Counted from the first letter of the whole stretch, positions 15,115-28,730 are shown. The stretch: 63,642 nucleotides of DNA, filler included, from Collodictyon triciliatum (GCA_043381765.1; 6 parts of 5 records of this genome joined end to end with filler, not necessarily neighbours in it), one strand, 5' to 3'. Program-made: numbers and translations. The notes: generated by a model from the letters alone, not told the origin.

Positions 15115-18100
15115 CTACCAAATGGAAAATTGCCTTGAACTCTCAGATGCAAGTATCAGCTCCTTATCAGGCCCGATGGCGACGATACTCAATTCATTGA
15201 GCCTTGCGTACGTCAACGCTAACCCGGAATATGAATATGCAATAACAATATCCATGTGCCGAACCAGAAACCCGCCATTAAATCCCTTATGTAATCCATA
15301 AGGATAGCCCATCTTGAATAGGCTTATTTCGCGCAGTTGCTTCCCATTGGAGTCGAAAACACGCACCAAATTTAAGTCAGGTAAGAGGATGAGAACTTCG
15401 TCCAGATGGTTGACATACAGCCCCGTGACCCTTGTTTTTACAGCCCCACCAGGGAACGTAGTGAAGCTATATAAAAACTCGCCAGAAATGCTAAACTTCA
15501 TAATTCTGTTTTGTGCATTTTCGACGACGTACACATTCTCCGCAGAGTCAGTAGAAAAATAGTCAACGTACATTAAACCAAGAGGCGTCTTATCACCCCC
15601 GATGACTGTGCGTTCCTGTTGCGAGTTTATAAAATAAATTTGGTGTCGCGCGCTAGGTAGAGCAACGAAATTGTGGCCATCATTTGAGATGTAAATTGAC
15701 TTGAACGGGGCCATCGTAATGTCTGGAGCCCAAACACTTTGGTGATGAGTTGGCTCAAAGGGGCAACTCTCATACATAACATTCCTGAGTCCTCTTTGCC
15801 TGACATAGTCAACATTTTGCGGATGGAGGATATACTGAAAGAAAACATTTCGGTATAACCTTTGTCGTGTAGAGAGAAGAGCTTGGCCTTCTGTATGACT
15901 TAACGATTCCCTTCGCCAATTGGGATATCCTTTTATTATAAAGTGGAACTTTCTGCTACTGATATACATGGCTCCGTCAGAGCTGAAAGCTGCACTGGCC
16001 GGAGACATAATTCGTACTGTTCTTCGAATCTTATGGACTTTTGAGCGAAATTGTATCATGTGCTTGTCATAGTTTATCAGCATGTAGTCGTCTCCAAGTG
16101 TTGGTGCGAAGAAGGTTTTTGTGACATTCTCATCCATTTGAATAACTTTGACGCGGATACCTTTCTGATTGAAAATGTATATCTTTGCACTATCAGTATA
16201 CGTGACAACATATTCTCCCAGTGTTGTAATATGGAAGCATGATGGTAAACCTGTCTCCCACGATGAGGGATCTCTCAGATATATGTTACCGATGAAGTCT
16301 GCATTCCTGCTTATTTTTTGAATTCGTTGATTCATCCGGTCAAGTATGTTGACGTTGTGTGATGAATCAATAATGACTTTTGTAGGCTTGTTGAATTGAA
16401 GAGGTTTTTGGCCTTTTTCACAAAAAACTGATAAAATTTTCCCGCTACCGTCCAAGAAATAGACAGCATTTGCGGAAGAAGACACCACAACCATAAATGA
16501 ACCATCTGGTGCAATTGACATGCAAGTAGGAGCTATTAAGCGATAGAGGTCACCCTCATTTGTTTCGATTGAACGAACAAAATGTAAATCTTGGCGGAGA
16601 ACTTGAATTCGATTGTTTCCTTTGTCCACTACATACAGTTCTTGGGTGATTGGATGTATTGCCAGTGTTTGGGGTGTTCGGAATTGATTGTACTCTGAGC
16701 CACGGCTGCCAGCGTACTTTACATGGTCCATGAATAGAATTTGCCTAGGTACGTAGCGTTCGTCCGACCAGAGTGTGTAGTCAAAGTCTACAAGATTTGG
16801 AAAGACATGGATTTCGCTGGAGAGTCGATAAGACAAGTCCTTGATATGGCCTGCTGGTGTGACCTTGATTGAATCCAATGAAAGCCACACAGTATAGGCA
16901 CGGACATGGTTCAGTGATGGTTTTTTTGGCGCTCTTCGCTGGCTGGAAGGGGCTTTCAGTATTGAAAGCAAAAGCTTCAATCGGTTGTAGATCATTCCCG
17001 AGTGATATTCCATTGGCGAGTATATCTTGAGCATGTTTTTCTTTGACGTGTTCAGCTTTTTTTTTGGTAAGGTTTTTAAAGCATGATGTAAAAAAAAATA
17101 AAATAAAAGGTATTTGTTTAGGAATAGGAATAGGAATAGGAATAGGAAAAGGAATAGGAATAGGAATAGGAATAGGAATAGGAATAGGAATAGGAATAGG
17201 AATAGTATAACAGAAATAAAATATAATAAAACAAAAACAAAAATGAATAAAAATATTGAGTTAATAGTGTTTCTAAAATGGGCCATATGTATATGTACAA
17301 TACCAAGGCAAACCTGTTTGAACATATTTTCCTCGAACTTGGTCATCAGCTCAGTACGTTGCTGGATAGACTCGATGATGGTTTCATCCACCTTTCCAGA
17401 ATAGTCTGCAAGCTGTTTAAATAACAGAAAATCACGTCACTCAATCTAAAATTTAAGCTTTCTTTATTTCATTTGACGTGCTAAGAAAAAAATATACGCA
17501 ACAAGTCGTAGTTTTCGTACGTTTTTATTGAACTTTGCTGTCTGTTGATGACAGATAGTAGCTATATTTACCTTATCCATGATGTCGTCGTATGCTGTGT
17601 ATCTCTCTTTAGTTTTATCGATGAGACTCAATGCATATTCTTTCTCCTCCTGCGCACCTTGAAGTGCTTCAAAATCCACAATCGCCAGCTCGCTCTCAAT
17701 CTTTTCTACAACACTATGAACAGACTCCAACATTAAGTCTTTTTCTTGTAAAACATCTTCCTCGCTGTCCGGTCTGGTTTCTATCAAACGCTCTCGATGG
17801 GTGGTCAGGTCACCTGCTTCGACAGGAGATGGTGATACGCCTGCAGGCGACTTGGCTGGCTTTGCTGTCGAGGGCTTCCCCTTTGATGGAGGTGTCTTTT
17901 CCGCGGGTTTTGTGCTTGGCTTTGGTGCTTTGCTTGCGGTTGAAGGTCGGCTGGTTATGTTTGGGGGTTTGAGGGCAGGATTCACAACAGTCAGTGCAGG
18001 TGCGGCGGGCTTTGTTGGTGTGCGCGTTGTACTTGAAGGTGTTGCCTTCTGATCCTCTTCTTTGAGTGTGTGAGACTTCCACGATCGCGTGGGTAAGGCG

Positions 18101-18117
18101 TACCTCGGACCAAACAT
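15115..18117 (-). CDS. NHL-repeat beta-propeller protein with Pro/Ser/Thr/Lys-rich N-terminus and coiled coil
   Basis: NHL motifs QFRTPQTLAI..LYVVDKGNNRIQV, QFNKPTKVIIDSSHNVNILDRMNQRIQK and TDSAENVYVVENAQNRIMKF. Exons 18117-17572, 17412-17314, 17055-15115. Confidence 0.82.
17118..17206 (+). repeat. (ATAGGA)n intronic microsatellite
   Basis: Directly visible. Confidence 0.95.
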
Positions 18118-19208
18118 CTTCAATACCGTGTGAACAGGAAGGAGTTCAATTCGATGGCTAGAAAAATGGCTCGGCGTAACAATCTTTTTCTTGATTTTTT
18201 TTTTCATCTCAAAGGGGCTACATAAATATTGTTTTCTTCTTTTCTTTTTCTTTTTGGCTCCGTCGTGTTGATCAGCCGGGTGGTTAGGCTACTCGGCGGG
18301 CTTTTCCTCTTGTCCGATCCAAGTGTCACATTTTTTGGAAAATATATAATCCAGATTTGTTACCAGGATTCGCCTGCGATGTGCAGAAGCGGCTGCGCAT
18401 GGTTATGTGTGCGACCTGAGACTTCAGTAAAATGTTTCTCGTAAATTTGTAAACATAATTGATACTACAAAGCAAATGTATTTTAATATAAATGTCGTAT
18501 GGAGTACTACAAGACTAAAATCAAATTTAATTAATTTCCAGATTTATTTAATAGTATTCTGAACTTTCACCAAAAAAGACCAACCTACATAAAATCGACT
18601 GAACGCTCCGACGAAATGTCTAGTTTTGAAGCTTTGTGTGTATTTAAGTATATTTTCCTGTATTTCTGGGGCATTTCATTGGGCAGTTCGCGATTTTTTC
18701 GTTGGGGGCGTGAATGTTGCTGTCACATTTTGTGGTGGTGCTGCGTGTGGGTATGTGCAGAATGGTATTCTAAGCGCAGGTTTATGGAGTGGGTCTAGTT
18801 CCTTCTCCGCCACAAGGAAATACCGAACAGAACTACAGGACGAGCGATGAAAGTGTCCAGAGGCTTCTTGATTCAACCCCATTTCTTCAAAGAACTAGAA
18901 TAGCGCTAGGGTTGCAAAACAGCGCGGAGGAGTTATTGTTGATGATATCTTGGTCTCGTGTGAATATGTGGGCATTTTCTGGGATCGGAATGATCGTTTA
19001 GGCTTCTTCGACAGTCTGTTCGCTTATTTCTCCTTCCTTTGTTGTGTTAGTGGTTCGTGTGGGAGGGGTTTTTTTTTCTTGTCTTGTTTCATCCAGCTAC
19101 TTCTTTTGGATCTCTTGCTTGCAAATTTACCCGAATCTACCACCAGAAATGTCTTTTTTAAATAATAAATAATAAATAATAAATAATAATAAATAATAAT
19201 AAATAATA

Positions 19209-19246
<38 letters not shown>

Positions 19247-19346
19247 NNNNNNNNNNNNNNNNNNNNNNNNNNNNNNNNNNNNNNNNNNNNTTAATTAATT
19301 AANNNNNNNNNNNNNNNNNNNNNNNNNNNNNNNNNNNNNNNNNNNN
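19247..19346. other. Artificial contig spacer
   Basis: 44N-TTAATTAATTAA-44N. Confidence 0.97.
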
Positions 19347-19356
19347 GGTCGCGTAC

Positions 19357-19517
19357 CGTTCTGCTCCAGGGTGTTGACGAGCTGGGCGACGGTGCTGCGC
19401 TTCTGGCCGACGGCGACGTAGATGCAGTAGAGCTTCTTGGTCTCGTCGGAGCCCTGGTTGTTTGAGCGCTGGTTGATGATGGCGTCGATGGCGACGGCGG
19501 TCTTTCCGGTCTGGCGA

Positions 19518-19552
<35 letters not shown>

Positions 19553-20453
19553 GGGGACGAGCGAGTCGATGGCCTTGAGCCCGGTCTGCATGGGCTCGTT
19601 GACGGACTGGCGCGGGATGATGCCGGGGGCCTTGACCTCCACGCGCGTGCGCGAGTCGCCCTTGATGGGGCCCTTGCCGTCGATCGCCGTGCCCAGCGCA
19701 TCCACGACGCGTCCGAGCAGCCCGCGGCCTGGGGTGGGCGGTTGTGGGCGGTCAGAGGCGGTGTTTGGACGGGCGAGTGAGGTGGGGGTGACGGGTAAGG
19801 TGGGGGGGACGCACCGACAGGGACGTCGACGATGGCGCCCGTGCGCTTGACCATGTCGCCCTCCTTGATGACGCGATCGTTGCCGAAGACGACCACACCG
19901 ACGTTGTCGCTCTCGAGATTCAGGGCCATGCCCTTGAGGCCGGACGAAAACTCCACCATCTCACCGGCCTGCACCTTGTTGAGCCCGTAGACGCGCGCAA
20001 TACCGTCTCCCACGGAGAGGACGCGGCCCACCTCGTCGATCTCGATCTTGTCCGTGTAGTTGACGATGCGCTCCTCCAGGATGGACGACAGCTCGGCCGG
20101 GCTGATGGAGGCTGCGCGCGGCGGCAGCGTCAGTGTCCCGCTCTCGGGAGTGGAGTGGAGTGGAGGAGAGGAGAGAGAGGGGAGGAGAGAGAGGGGAGGA
20201 GAGAGGGGGCTTGGATTTGCGGGAGGGGATGCGGAGAGGAGGTGGACGTACCAGTGCTGCGCACGCTGGTGGCGACGGCGCGGACGGCGGTGGTCTGGAT
20301 GGGGAGGGGGAGAGAGAGAGGGAGGGAGGGGGAGAGAGGGAGGGGGTGAGTGGGCTGTGGACGATGGCGGGCGGGTTTTCTCGAGGGGGTGGATGATGCG
20401 CTTACCGAAGGGGCGAAGAGGCCGCGCAGGGCGGGGGCGATCTTGGACAGCAT
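19357..20453 (-). CDS. ATP1: Mitochondrial F1 ATP synthase alpha subunit, nuclear-encoded; 5' part only, truncated by the spacer
   Basis: [23 protein letters not shown], Walker [24 protein letters not shown]. Exons 20453-20406, 20294-20252, 20111-19815, 19728-19357. Arg/Ala/Ser-rich presequence with no acidic residues. Confidence 0.97.
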
Positions 20454-21498
20454 TGTGGGGTGCTACGCGCGGGGAAGTTAGTGCGGGCTGTGAAGAGAGG
20501 GGGAGAGAGAGAGGAGAGAGAGGAGGGGCTGAGAGCGAGAGAGAGGCGGCCTGTGCCACTGCGGATCCATCTCACGCGCGGGTGGTGTTTGGGTGTGCGG
20601 CTGTACCAGTGGATGTGGATGTGGACGTGCGACAAGAAACGGACTTTGGAAATGGGTTGTGTGGTTGGTGGTGACTGGAAATCGGCCTCATTTAGTGAAT
20701 TTTCGCACTTACTGGATTTTCGGTGGGGAAAAGTGCTTTTGGTTTCTTTGTGTCCTGGAGGATTCTTAATTGCACACATTTCCATGGAAAATTAAAATAT
20801 CCGCATCGTGTCCTGATTCTGATACGATTTTTTCCACACACACTCCTGTTTCAGAAAACCACAAAAACGCGCCAAAATACAAACATTTAAAATTATAAAA
20901 TTTCCAATTGTGGAAGAAATTTATTCGTCATCATGTGACGCAATCGATTAGAAAATTGCAGTGATTATGGGCAATAGACCGATTATGTACTGAAGACATT
21001 AAAAATTCAATGAATTGGCCTTCATTCAACCATCTTGGACTGAAAAAATTATATGGAAAATATCACGGTGCAGATGGTCATGGTGTCAAGGCTGATTCCC
21101 TGTCCATCGAGGTTCGATTCTTGTCTCATCTATGTTCGAGCCTCGGGTGATGTGCCATGCTTGGTTATTGGCGAAACACTCTTTGTTTTTCTTAAGCTCT
21201 CTTTCAGTTTCGGCTGTGTGGACTCATAACTGGAGACACGAAAACTACACCCAGGAGAGAACGCTGGCTATCTCGGGCAATTTATTTTATTCTTTATTTT
21301 TATATATATATATATATATATATTTGCTAGGCGAGCCTGAGTATCACTGCCGCACTGCAGCAAAGTAGGCCCCAAGGTAGCATTTCTGTTGCCCAGTCCC
21401 CATCCCCGCACTCTCATTCTTTTTTAAAACGAGATGCTCTCTGCAACTATAGGTCCTTCACGCACAAGTCAAGTTTTTTTTAAAAAAAAATAAATAGA

Positions 21499-23704
21499 AT
21501 GAGACTCAAGATAACAAGGTAATATTTCCTGCGGGGTGCGTCGTCTTGAAACACTCGGCTGATCACCCTCTTCCATTCTTTTGCCATTTCCTTTGCAATA
21601 TTGTTTTATTCTTTTGTATACTTTAAGCCTGCATAATCGCGATTTCTAAATATTGTGCATTATTCGAATCTAAAGAAAACAAAGAAAAATCCAATCAATT
21701 GCATCACTATTTATTTTTCGGGATGTTTAAATAATTCACTCCATTTTGTCCATTTACAATATATTTGTCAATACGCACATTCAAAAGTGATGAAGTCAAT
21801 GTGCTGGTCTATCGGTATTTGATGGAATCTGGTAGGGTCTTTCTTCAATCAATCTCGTTTAAACTCGAACCAATAGGTTAAATTCAGTGTCTATTTAACA
21901 ATATTATTATTTTGATATATGTTATGCTTTATTCAAAATCATTCTTTTTTTTTTTACATATTTTTTGAACAAGGATTCACACACTCTGCATTCGCTTTTC
22001 AGTCCGAGAGCCACATACATAAGTCAGGGTTCCTTGTAGATTCACTCCCACCTGGAGCACTCATTAATATGCTTCAGAAAGGACTACAGTATTACGAAAT
22101 TGAATGCCATTTGAGTCCAGTAACACCTTCTCTTTTTAATATCGTTCTTATTCAACATGCACGATTTTTCTCTCCTCCTCCCCTCTCTCCCTCTAACTAC
22201 CATGTACATGTAAATACTTTGTGTTCTCTATGTCCTTACGAATGATGATATGACCTTTTCTTCTTTTTTTTTTTTTACTTCATTTTCATTTGAAACGGTG
22301 ACTAAAATTTTGATTTTTTTTTNNNNNNNNNNNNNNNNNNNNNNNNNNNNNNNNNNNNNNNNNNNNNNNNNNNNNNNNNNNNNNNNNNNNNNNNNNNNNN
22401 NNNNNNNNNNNNNNNNNNNNNNNNNNNNNNNNNNNNNNNNNNNNNNNNNNNNNNNNNNNNNNNNNNNNNNNNNNNNNNNNNNNNNNNNNNNNNNNNNNNN
22501 NNNNNNNNNNNNNNNNNNNNNNNNNNNNNNNNNNNNNNNNNNNNNNNNNNNNNNNNNNNNNNNNNNNNNNNNNNNNNNNNNNNNNNNNNNNNNNNNNNNN
22601 NNNNNNNNNNNNNNNNNNNNNNNNNNNNNNNNNNNNNNNNNNNNNNNNNNNNNNNNNNNNNNNNNNNNNNNNNNNNNNNNNNNNNNNNNNNNNNNNNNNN
22701 NNNNNNNNNNNNNNNNNNNNNNNNNNNNNNNNNNNNNNNNNNNNNNNNNNNNNNNNNNNNNNNNNNNNNNNNNNNNNNNNNNNNNNNNNNNNNNNNNNNN
22801 NNNNNNNNNNNNNNNNNNNNNNNNNNNNNNNNNNNNNNNNNNNNNNNNNNNNNNNNNNNNNNNNNNNNNNNNNNNNNNNNNNNNNNNNNNNNNNNNNNNN
22901 NNNNNNNNNNNNNNNNNNNNNNNNNNNNNNNNNNNNNNNNNNNNNNNNNNNNNNNNNNNNNNCATGAAAACCTGAATATGGGGTTTCTGTTATCTAAGCC
23001 CCATGTTCAGAATTTCATAATCATGGCTCCACAGTTTCAGTGTTTATCGAAATCGACCTATTTAACAATTCGTTCTGCAATATCAAACGAAATTCTCTAT
23101 ATTAAATTATCCCTATTAACTTAAGGTTTTAAGTTGTTCCTGGAACCCTTCTGGGGAAACCGTCGCCACTGGTTCATGTGATGGCACAGTAATAGTTTGG
23201 AAATCACCCGAGCCAAATATGTTTGCAAACTCCGCAGTTGTTTTCCATGACCAGTTTGTCAAGCTCATTCACAAAGCACCTGTGGAGGACCAACAACGAG
23301 ATGTTATTTGCATAGATTGGAATGTATGATTTTGAACTATTTTTTCAGTATTTGTTGACACATGTCGAATCTATAATATCTCATCATTATTATGATTTAG
23401 TAGAGCTCAACAAGTAATAATAATGATAATAATAATAATAATAATAAAAGTGGAATGAGGATGGGGATAAAAAAATCTTTTGTTTTACATCAACTAGAAG
23501 ACTTCCTTGAAGCACCAACAATCGTTAATTTAAAAATAGGAGGACGGCAATATGATTGCTGCTGGACATCAGAATGGGTCTGTCAACATATGGGATGAAA
23601 AAGGGAATCTGGTTTGGAACTTAGCCAAACATACAAAGCCAGTTCTCTCACTAAAATGGAATAAGAAGGGCGACTGTTTGATCAGTGCAAGTTTGGATAG
23701 AAGT
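21499..23704 (+). CDS. TBL1: TBL1/ebi/Sif2-like LisH-WD40 protein, partial (two N gaps; 3' half not seen)
   Basis: Spliced MRLKITS|DEVNVLVYRYLMESG|FTHSAFAFQSESHI..PPGALINMLQKGLQY; WD exons with RDVICIDWN and HTKPVLSLKWNKKGD. Confidence 0.88.
22323..22962. other. Assembly gap
   Basis: Run of N. Confidence 0.99.
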
Positions 23705-24352
23705 NNNNNNNNNNNNNNNNNNNNNNNNNNNNNNNNNNNNNNNNNNNNNNNNNNNNNNNNNNNNNNNNNNNNNNNNNNNNNNNNNNNNNNNNNNNNNNNN
23801 NNNNNNNNNNNNNNNNNNNNNNNNNNNNNNNNNNNNNNNNNNNNNNNNNNNNNNNNNNNNNNNNNNNNNNNNNNNNNNNNNNNNNNNNNNNNNNNNNNNN
23901 NNNNNNNNNNNNNNNNNNNNNNNNNNNNNNNNNNNNNNNNNNNNNNNNNNNNNNNNNNNNNNNNNNNNNNNNNNNNNNNNNNNNNNNNNNNNNNNNNNNN
24001 NNNNNNNNNNNNNNNNNNNNNNNNNNNNNNNNNNNNNNNNNNNNNNNNNNNNNNNNNNNNNNNNNNNNNNNNNNNNNNNNNNNNNNNNNNNNNNNNNNNN
24101 NNNNNNNNNNNNNNNNNNNNNNNNNNNNNNNNNNNNNNNNNNNNNNNNNNNNNNNNNNNNNNNNNNNNNNNNNNNNNNNNNNNNNNNNNNNNNNNNNNNN
24201 NNNNNNNNNNNNNNNNNNNNNNNNNNNNNNNNNNNNNNNNNNNNNNNNNNNNNNNNNNNNNNNNNNNNNNNNNNNNNNNNNNNNNNNNNNNNNNNNNNNN
24301 NNNNNNNNNNNNNNNNNNNNNNNNNNNNNNNNNNNNNNNNNNNNNNNNNNNN
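23705..24352. other. Assembly gap
   Basis: Run of N. Confidence 0.99.
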
Positions 24353-27300
24353 TAGTATTTAGTATTTAGTATTTAGTATTTAGTATTTAGTATTTAGTAT
24401 TTAGTCAACTGAAAACTTCAATGACCTGCTCGGCATGTTATCATTTTTACGACTGTCAAGCCAACATGTTGGTGTTCATCTCAAAATAAGATCTACCATT
24501 ATATAATGTCCTTAATTCCAATAAAGGAGAAATACTTTTTATCCTTTATGGGTAAACTGTTAAGTTTTACTACTACGTAATCCAAGGTAACAAAATCTCT
24601 TTAATCAGTACAAGTGGTTATTAATTGGTATTTTAGAAAAGATAAATGTTCAGAATGAAATATAAAAATACTAAAATAGATAGCACCGAGAAGTATTTTC
24701 ATTTATTCATCTTTTTTCTTACTGCACACTTGTAACATGAAATATTACCTCTGCAATTATCGAATTCTTAGCAAGCTACCATCTTACTCGACGTGAAGAG
24801 GTCCTAAATGTATTTTTTGTCATGTATATAATTATTTCAAGTGTTTAGAAGACAAACCGCGTGGCCATTTTTTTAAACATCGTAAACTAAATCTTTGTCA
24901 ACTATTAAACAAGGATGCAGCGTTATATGTTATAAGCTAATATTTACCTATTTTATAATTACCCTTTTGTAAAAAAAACCGTATAAATAAGTAATTTAAC
25001 CAACGTTGGTACATTGTCATTTAAAAATACAATCCATCTTTTGGATTATGTGAAATGAAAATCATCTTTCCAAAGCATTTTGAATTACCTATGAATGTCA
25101 CGATGTGGACGCTCGTTACCAGTGATTCTTCCAGTGATATCAATTTATTTATTTTTTCATTTATTCGATTCAAGGGGAGGAAGGGTTTGTGTTCAAACTA
25201 TTTATTTTTAAAGGCATGTGAATAATAGTTACCTTAACTAATAATATCGAAAAAATATGCAGGACTTCTATCTTTTGATTAGGAAGATTATGTTTGGCCC
25301 TATTTCTTCCTTTTAACACCTCTAACATAGATGAATATTATGAAAGTAATATATTTTTGTATATTAAATATTTGCTTTGCAAAACTGTCCCAAATCTTTT
25401 TTCCTTTGTTCGATTCAAAGAAAATGGTCCACAATCTATTGTACCTTGAAGTTCTCTTTCAAAGCATTTAGTCATATATAGTGTAACATCACACAAAGTC
25501 ACCTTTACTAAAAAAGCTATCATACGTAGTGATCTAGCTTGTAATATGATCTGGCTATTTACAACCAAAATTTAGCTGCCCTAACTATTGATCCCTCAGC
25601 TGTTTAGGCCTTCAAAAAATCAACTGAACTGAACAAATTGTATATTCCTTTTTTAAAATAGAATGTTATCTACTCATAAAATCTTTATGTGACCTTCATT
25701 TATTTTAAATTCATTTAACAATCAACCTTAATATATCTCTATTTTAGGTAACATGGAGGTGCCAACCTCAGCCTAACCATTCGTATAGAAGAGGTGACAT
25801 ATTTGATAAAGGTGACAATATGCCAACGCTTCCTTCTTTTCTTTTTTTTTTTTTTTGCTTTAGTTCTTTTTTATATAATTATTAGAACAAGTAACTGTAA
25901 TATGGATCCATTTTATGCGAAAAAAACTAAATAGAATCTTTTCATGATATAGGAGTGACATTATTATAGAATAAAATTGTGGGGAGGTCATATTTTTTCC
26001 TCTATTCGATATAAAGTGTGCGGAGGTAAGAATTTAATATATTTTAAAGTTAATAGGGTCAATACTATATAACAAAATATTTGAAGTTTTTCTATTTCTA
26101 TGTTCCATAGGTCAATTATACAGAATTTAAAATTAATAAAAGCAAAAAAAAAAACTTAAGTCGAGTAAATATTTTATTATACATCTTACTTATATGTATT
26201 CAATGTACTAGATGATTGCCGATAAAAACCAAATTACATCACTTAGCCATTTACTGTTTAAATAACTAGTGCAAGAGATTCAATTTTTCTTTTTTTAAAA
26301 GTATGTATAGTATCATCCCGATCTCCTCCTATTTGAACATTTTTATCATGTAAACCAAAATTATATCTCTAATCATTTACAGGAATGGACTCTGAATAAT
26401 TTTAGATTGAAATTTTTATTATCCGATCATATTAACAACATGAATTACAGACTAATAGTTAAATTGATTTTTTTTGTTCTTAAGGTTAATGTTGCTCTAA
26501 TTGAAGACTCCGTATTTGTAGGTGGTATATATAATACATATTTATCGGTTTCAAGATGTAAATATTTAAGTAATATTATTTTTTCTTCATTCTATTCTAA
26601 ATTTCAAGGAGTGAAGAGGTATATTGGCAAATAATTTTAAATTGTTTGATGATATGTACCTTTTCAAGTTTATATGTTCTATTAGATATTTCATGAATAT
26701 AGGACATAGTACAAATTATATTTTAATATACCGAAGTTTCGATTTAGTTTATATGCAAAAAAAAATAGAGTAATATCTAGTAATTTCCATACATCTAATG
26801 GTAGTATATTTATGTTTATTTAGTCTCCAACGAGATATCGTAATGCTTTTTTCTTTTATTCGATTCAAGGGGAGGTATCGTAGTATTGTCAAATGGCTGT
26901 CCATAGAAAAGTGTAAGATTTTTCATTTTAAATGAAAATATAGGAAATTCAATCATACAAACTCAATTATATAATTTTATAATAATTCTAAAGAAACAAA
27001 TAAATAAGATAATCCACCTTTGAAATTTTTAAAAATATGATTATTAGGTATTTCCATTATGAATTAGGTCTAAAGAAAAATCATGAACAACTTTTAGAAA
27101 GAGGAATTAGAGTAAACAATTTTTTTCTGTTGTTCGAAACGATATATTATGTCAATGTTCTGACATTTTAGGCAAAAAAAAATCGTCACTAATGTACAAA
27201 TTAAAATCCTATCACCAATTTCACCATGTCAATTATAATTCAAAAATATCGATCATAACCTTACCTGCACAATGGACATTTGCATGAAGTACATGATATG

Positions 27301-28118
27301 TCAAATATTAAATGATTTATCATCGTTTTCGATGAGTAGAAAGAGTAATAGTCAGATAAATGAAAATGTATTTTCTTTTAATGCTTTTGGCATAAATATT
27401 ATTATAATACAAATGATATAGGGTATGAATTGTGAAATTATTTTACTACTATAAATATACTCTTTTTTATATTTTTGTACTATTATTGACATTGATATAT
27501 GTTACCCATCTATGTTTATCATTCTACGTCATGCAGAGTGTAATTATTTTAATTTAATATATGATTAATTTACGTGAAAGTAAAGAAATTGGTATTTTAT
27601 AATTACAATATATATTTTTTGAATAATATTAAAAATTATGTTCAATTTATGATGAAATGAAATCGTATTAATAATATTCATTTAAAATCATCTCTTTTGT
27701 TTAAAAAATAGTATATTCTCTACCTTTACTTTAACGATATAGGAGATGGAATAATATTGAATTGCTTGAGTTAATTGAATAAAATAAACTTGATATGAAT
27801 AAATAGATATATATTTCATATATTTAAGCAATTTATTGGTAACTTTGAATCACTGAAAATATCATTCTCCGCCTTTTGAGACTGAAAATTGTTCTACATA
27901 AAGGATGAACTTAAATGAAAAATGATTATTTTTTTTTTATTCTTCCTTTCAACTTTTGTGCAGGACCGAGGGGGGGTGTTGGCAACTTAAATGAAAAATG
28001 ATAAATTATAAATATTATATTTTATTATGCGTAAAATGTATATTAATTGAATTATTTATTCAATTGCTTTAGCCTCTTTTAAATGAGTAGAATTTTAACA
28101 AAACTATATACACATTAG

Positions 28119-28532
28119 GATTATTGCGCTATCTATGGAAACGAACTCATGTATAAGATATATTACATGTTTTATTAATGGGGTAAGAGTATGTGATATG
28201 AAGCTTAAAATTTTTATCATGATTAGTCTTATGAATTTTTCAACTATTAAATAGATTCCTCCTGACCGTAACAGCCATGAATCTAGTCGCAGGAGAGCTG
28301 AAAATTTTTTCAAAAATACTATCATTGATCTTCATTATTTATTGGAGATGATCTCATTCAATATGAAGTATTTATCAGAAGAGATGAAAATGTAATCGAC
28401 CTTTTGGCATTTATAAAAAGAATATTTCATATATTTTATCTGCATTCTTAATTTTTTTCAAAAAAAGCGACATTATCTCAAAAACTCTGCATAAATGTAG
28501 TGAGGGGCGCGATCGTTATAATTTCGACGAAT
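28119..28532 (+). CDS. Probable upstream exons of the NACHT-WD40 gene
   Basis: AG/GT-bounded open segments 28119-28182, 28255-28391 and 28468-28532 splice in compatible phase into the acceptor at 28730 and the 28757 frame. Confidence 0.55.
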
Positions 28533-28730
28533 GTATGATACACTAAATCTAAAAATTTATTTGATTAAAGCCAAAAACTTAACTATACCACAAAATTGAA
28601 TGAAAGAAGAAAAAACTTTAGTTTCCTTTATTCAAATCAAATAAGGAAAAAATAATATCTTGCTACAATTTTAAGGCATGTCATAAATTTGTTAAGCAAC
28701 ACTAACTTCACGTAATAATCTATTCAGTAG

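Noticed and set aside
17118-17206. (ATAGGA)n as an interstitial telomere repeat
   Set aside because: Intronic, short, and one of many unrelated microsatellites.
21071-21160. GGTTCGATTC B-box-like sequence and hairpin CGAGGTTCGA/TCGAGCCTCG
   Set aside because: No cloverleaf or snRNA signature could be built; probably the TBL1 5' UTR region.
22228-24362. Long X-rich ORFs
   Set aside because: Artefacts of N gaps.
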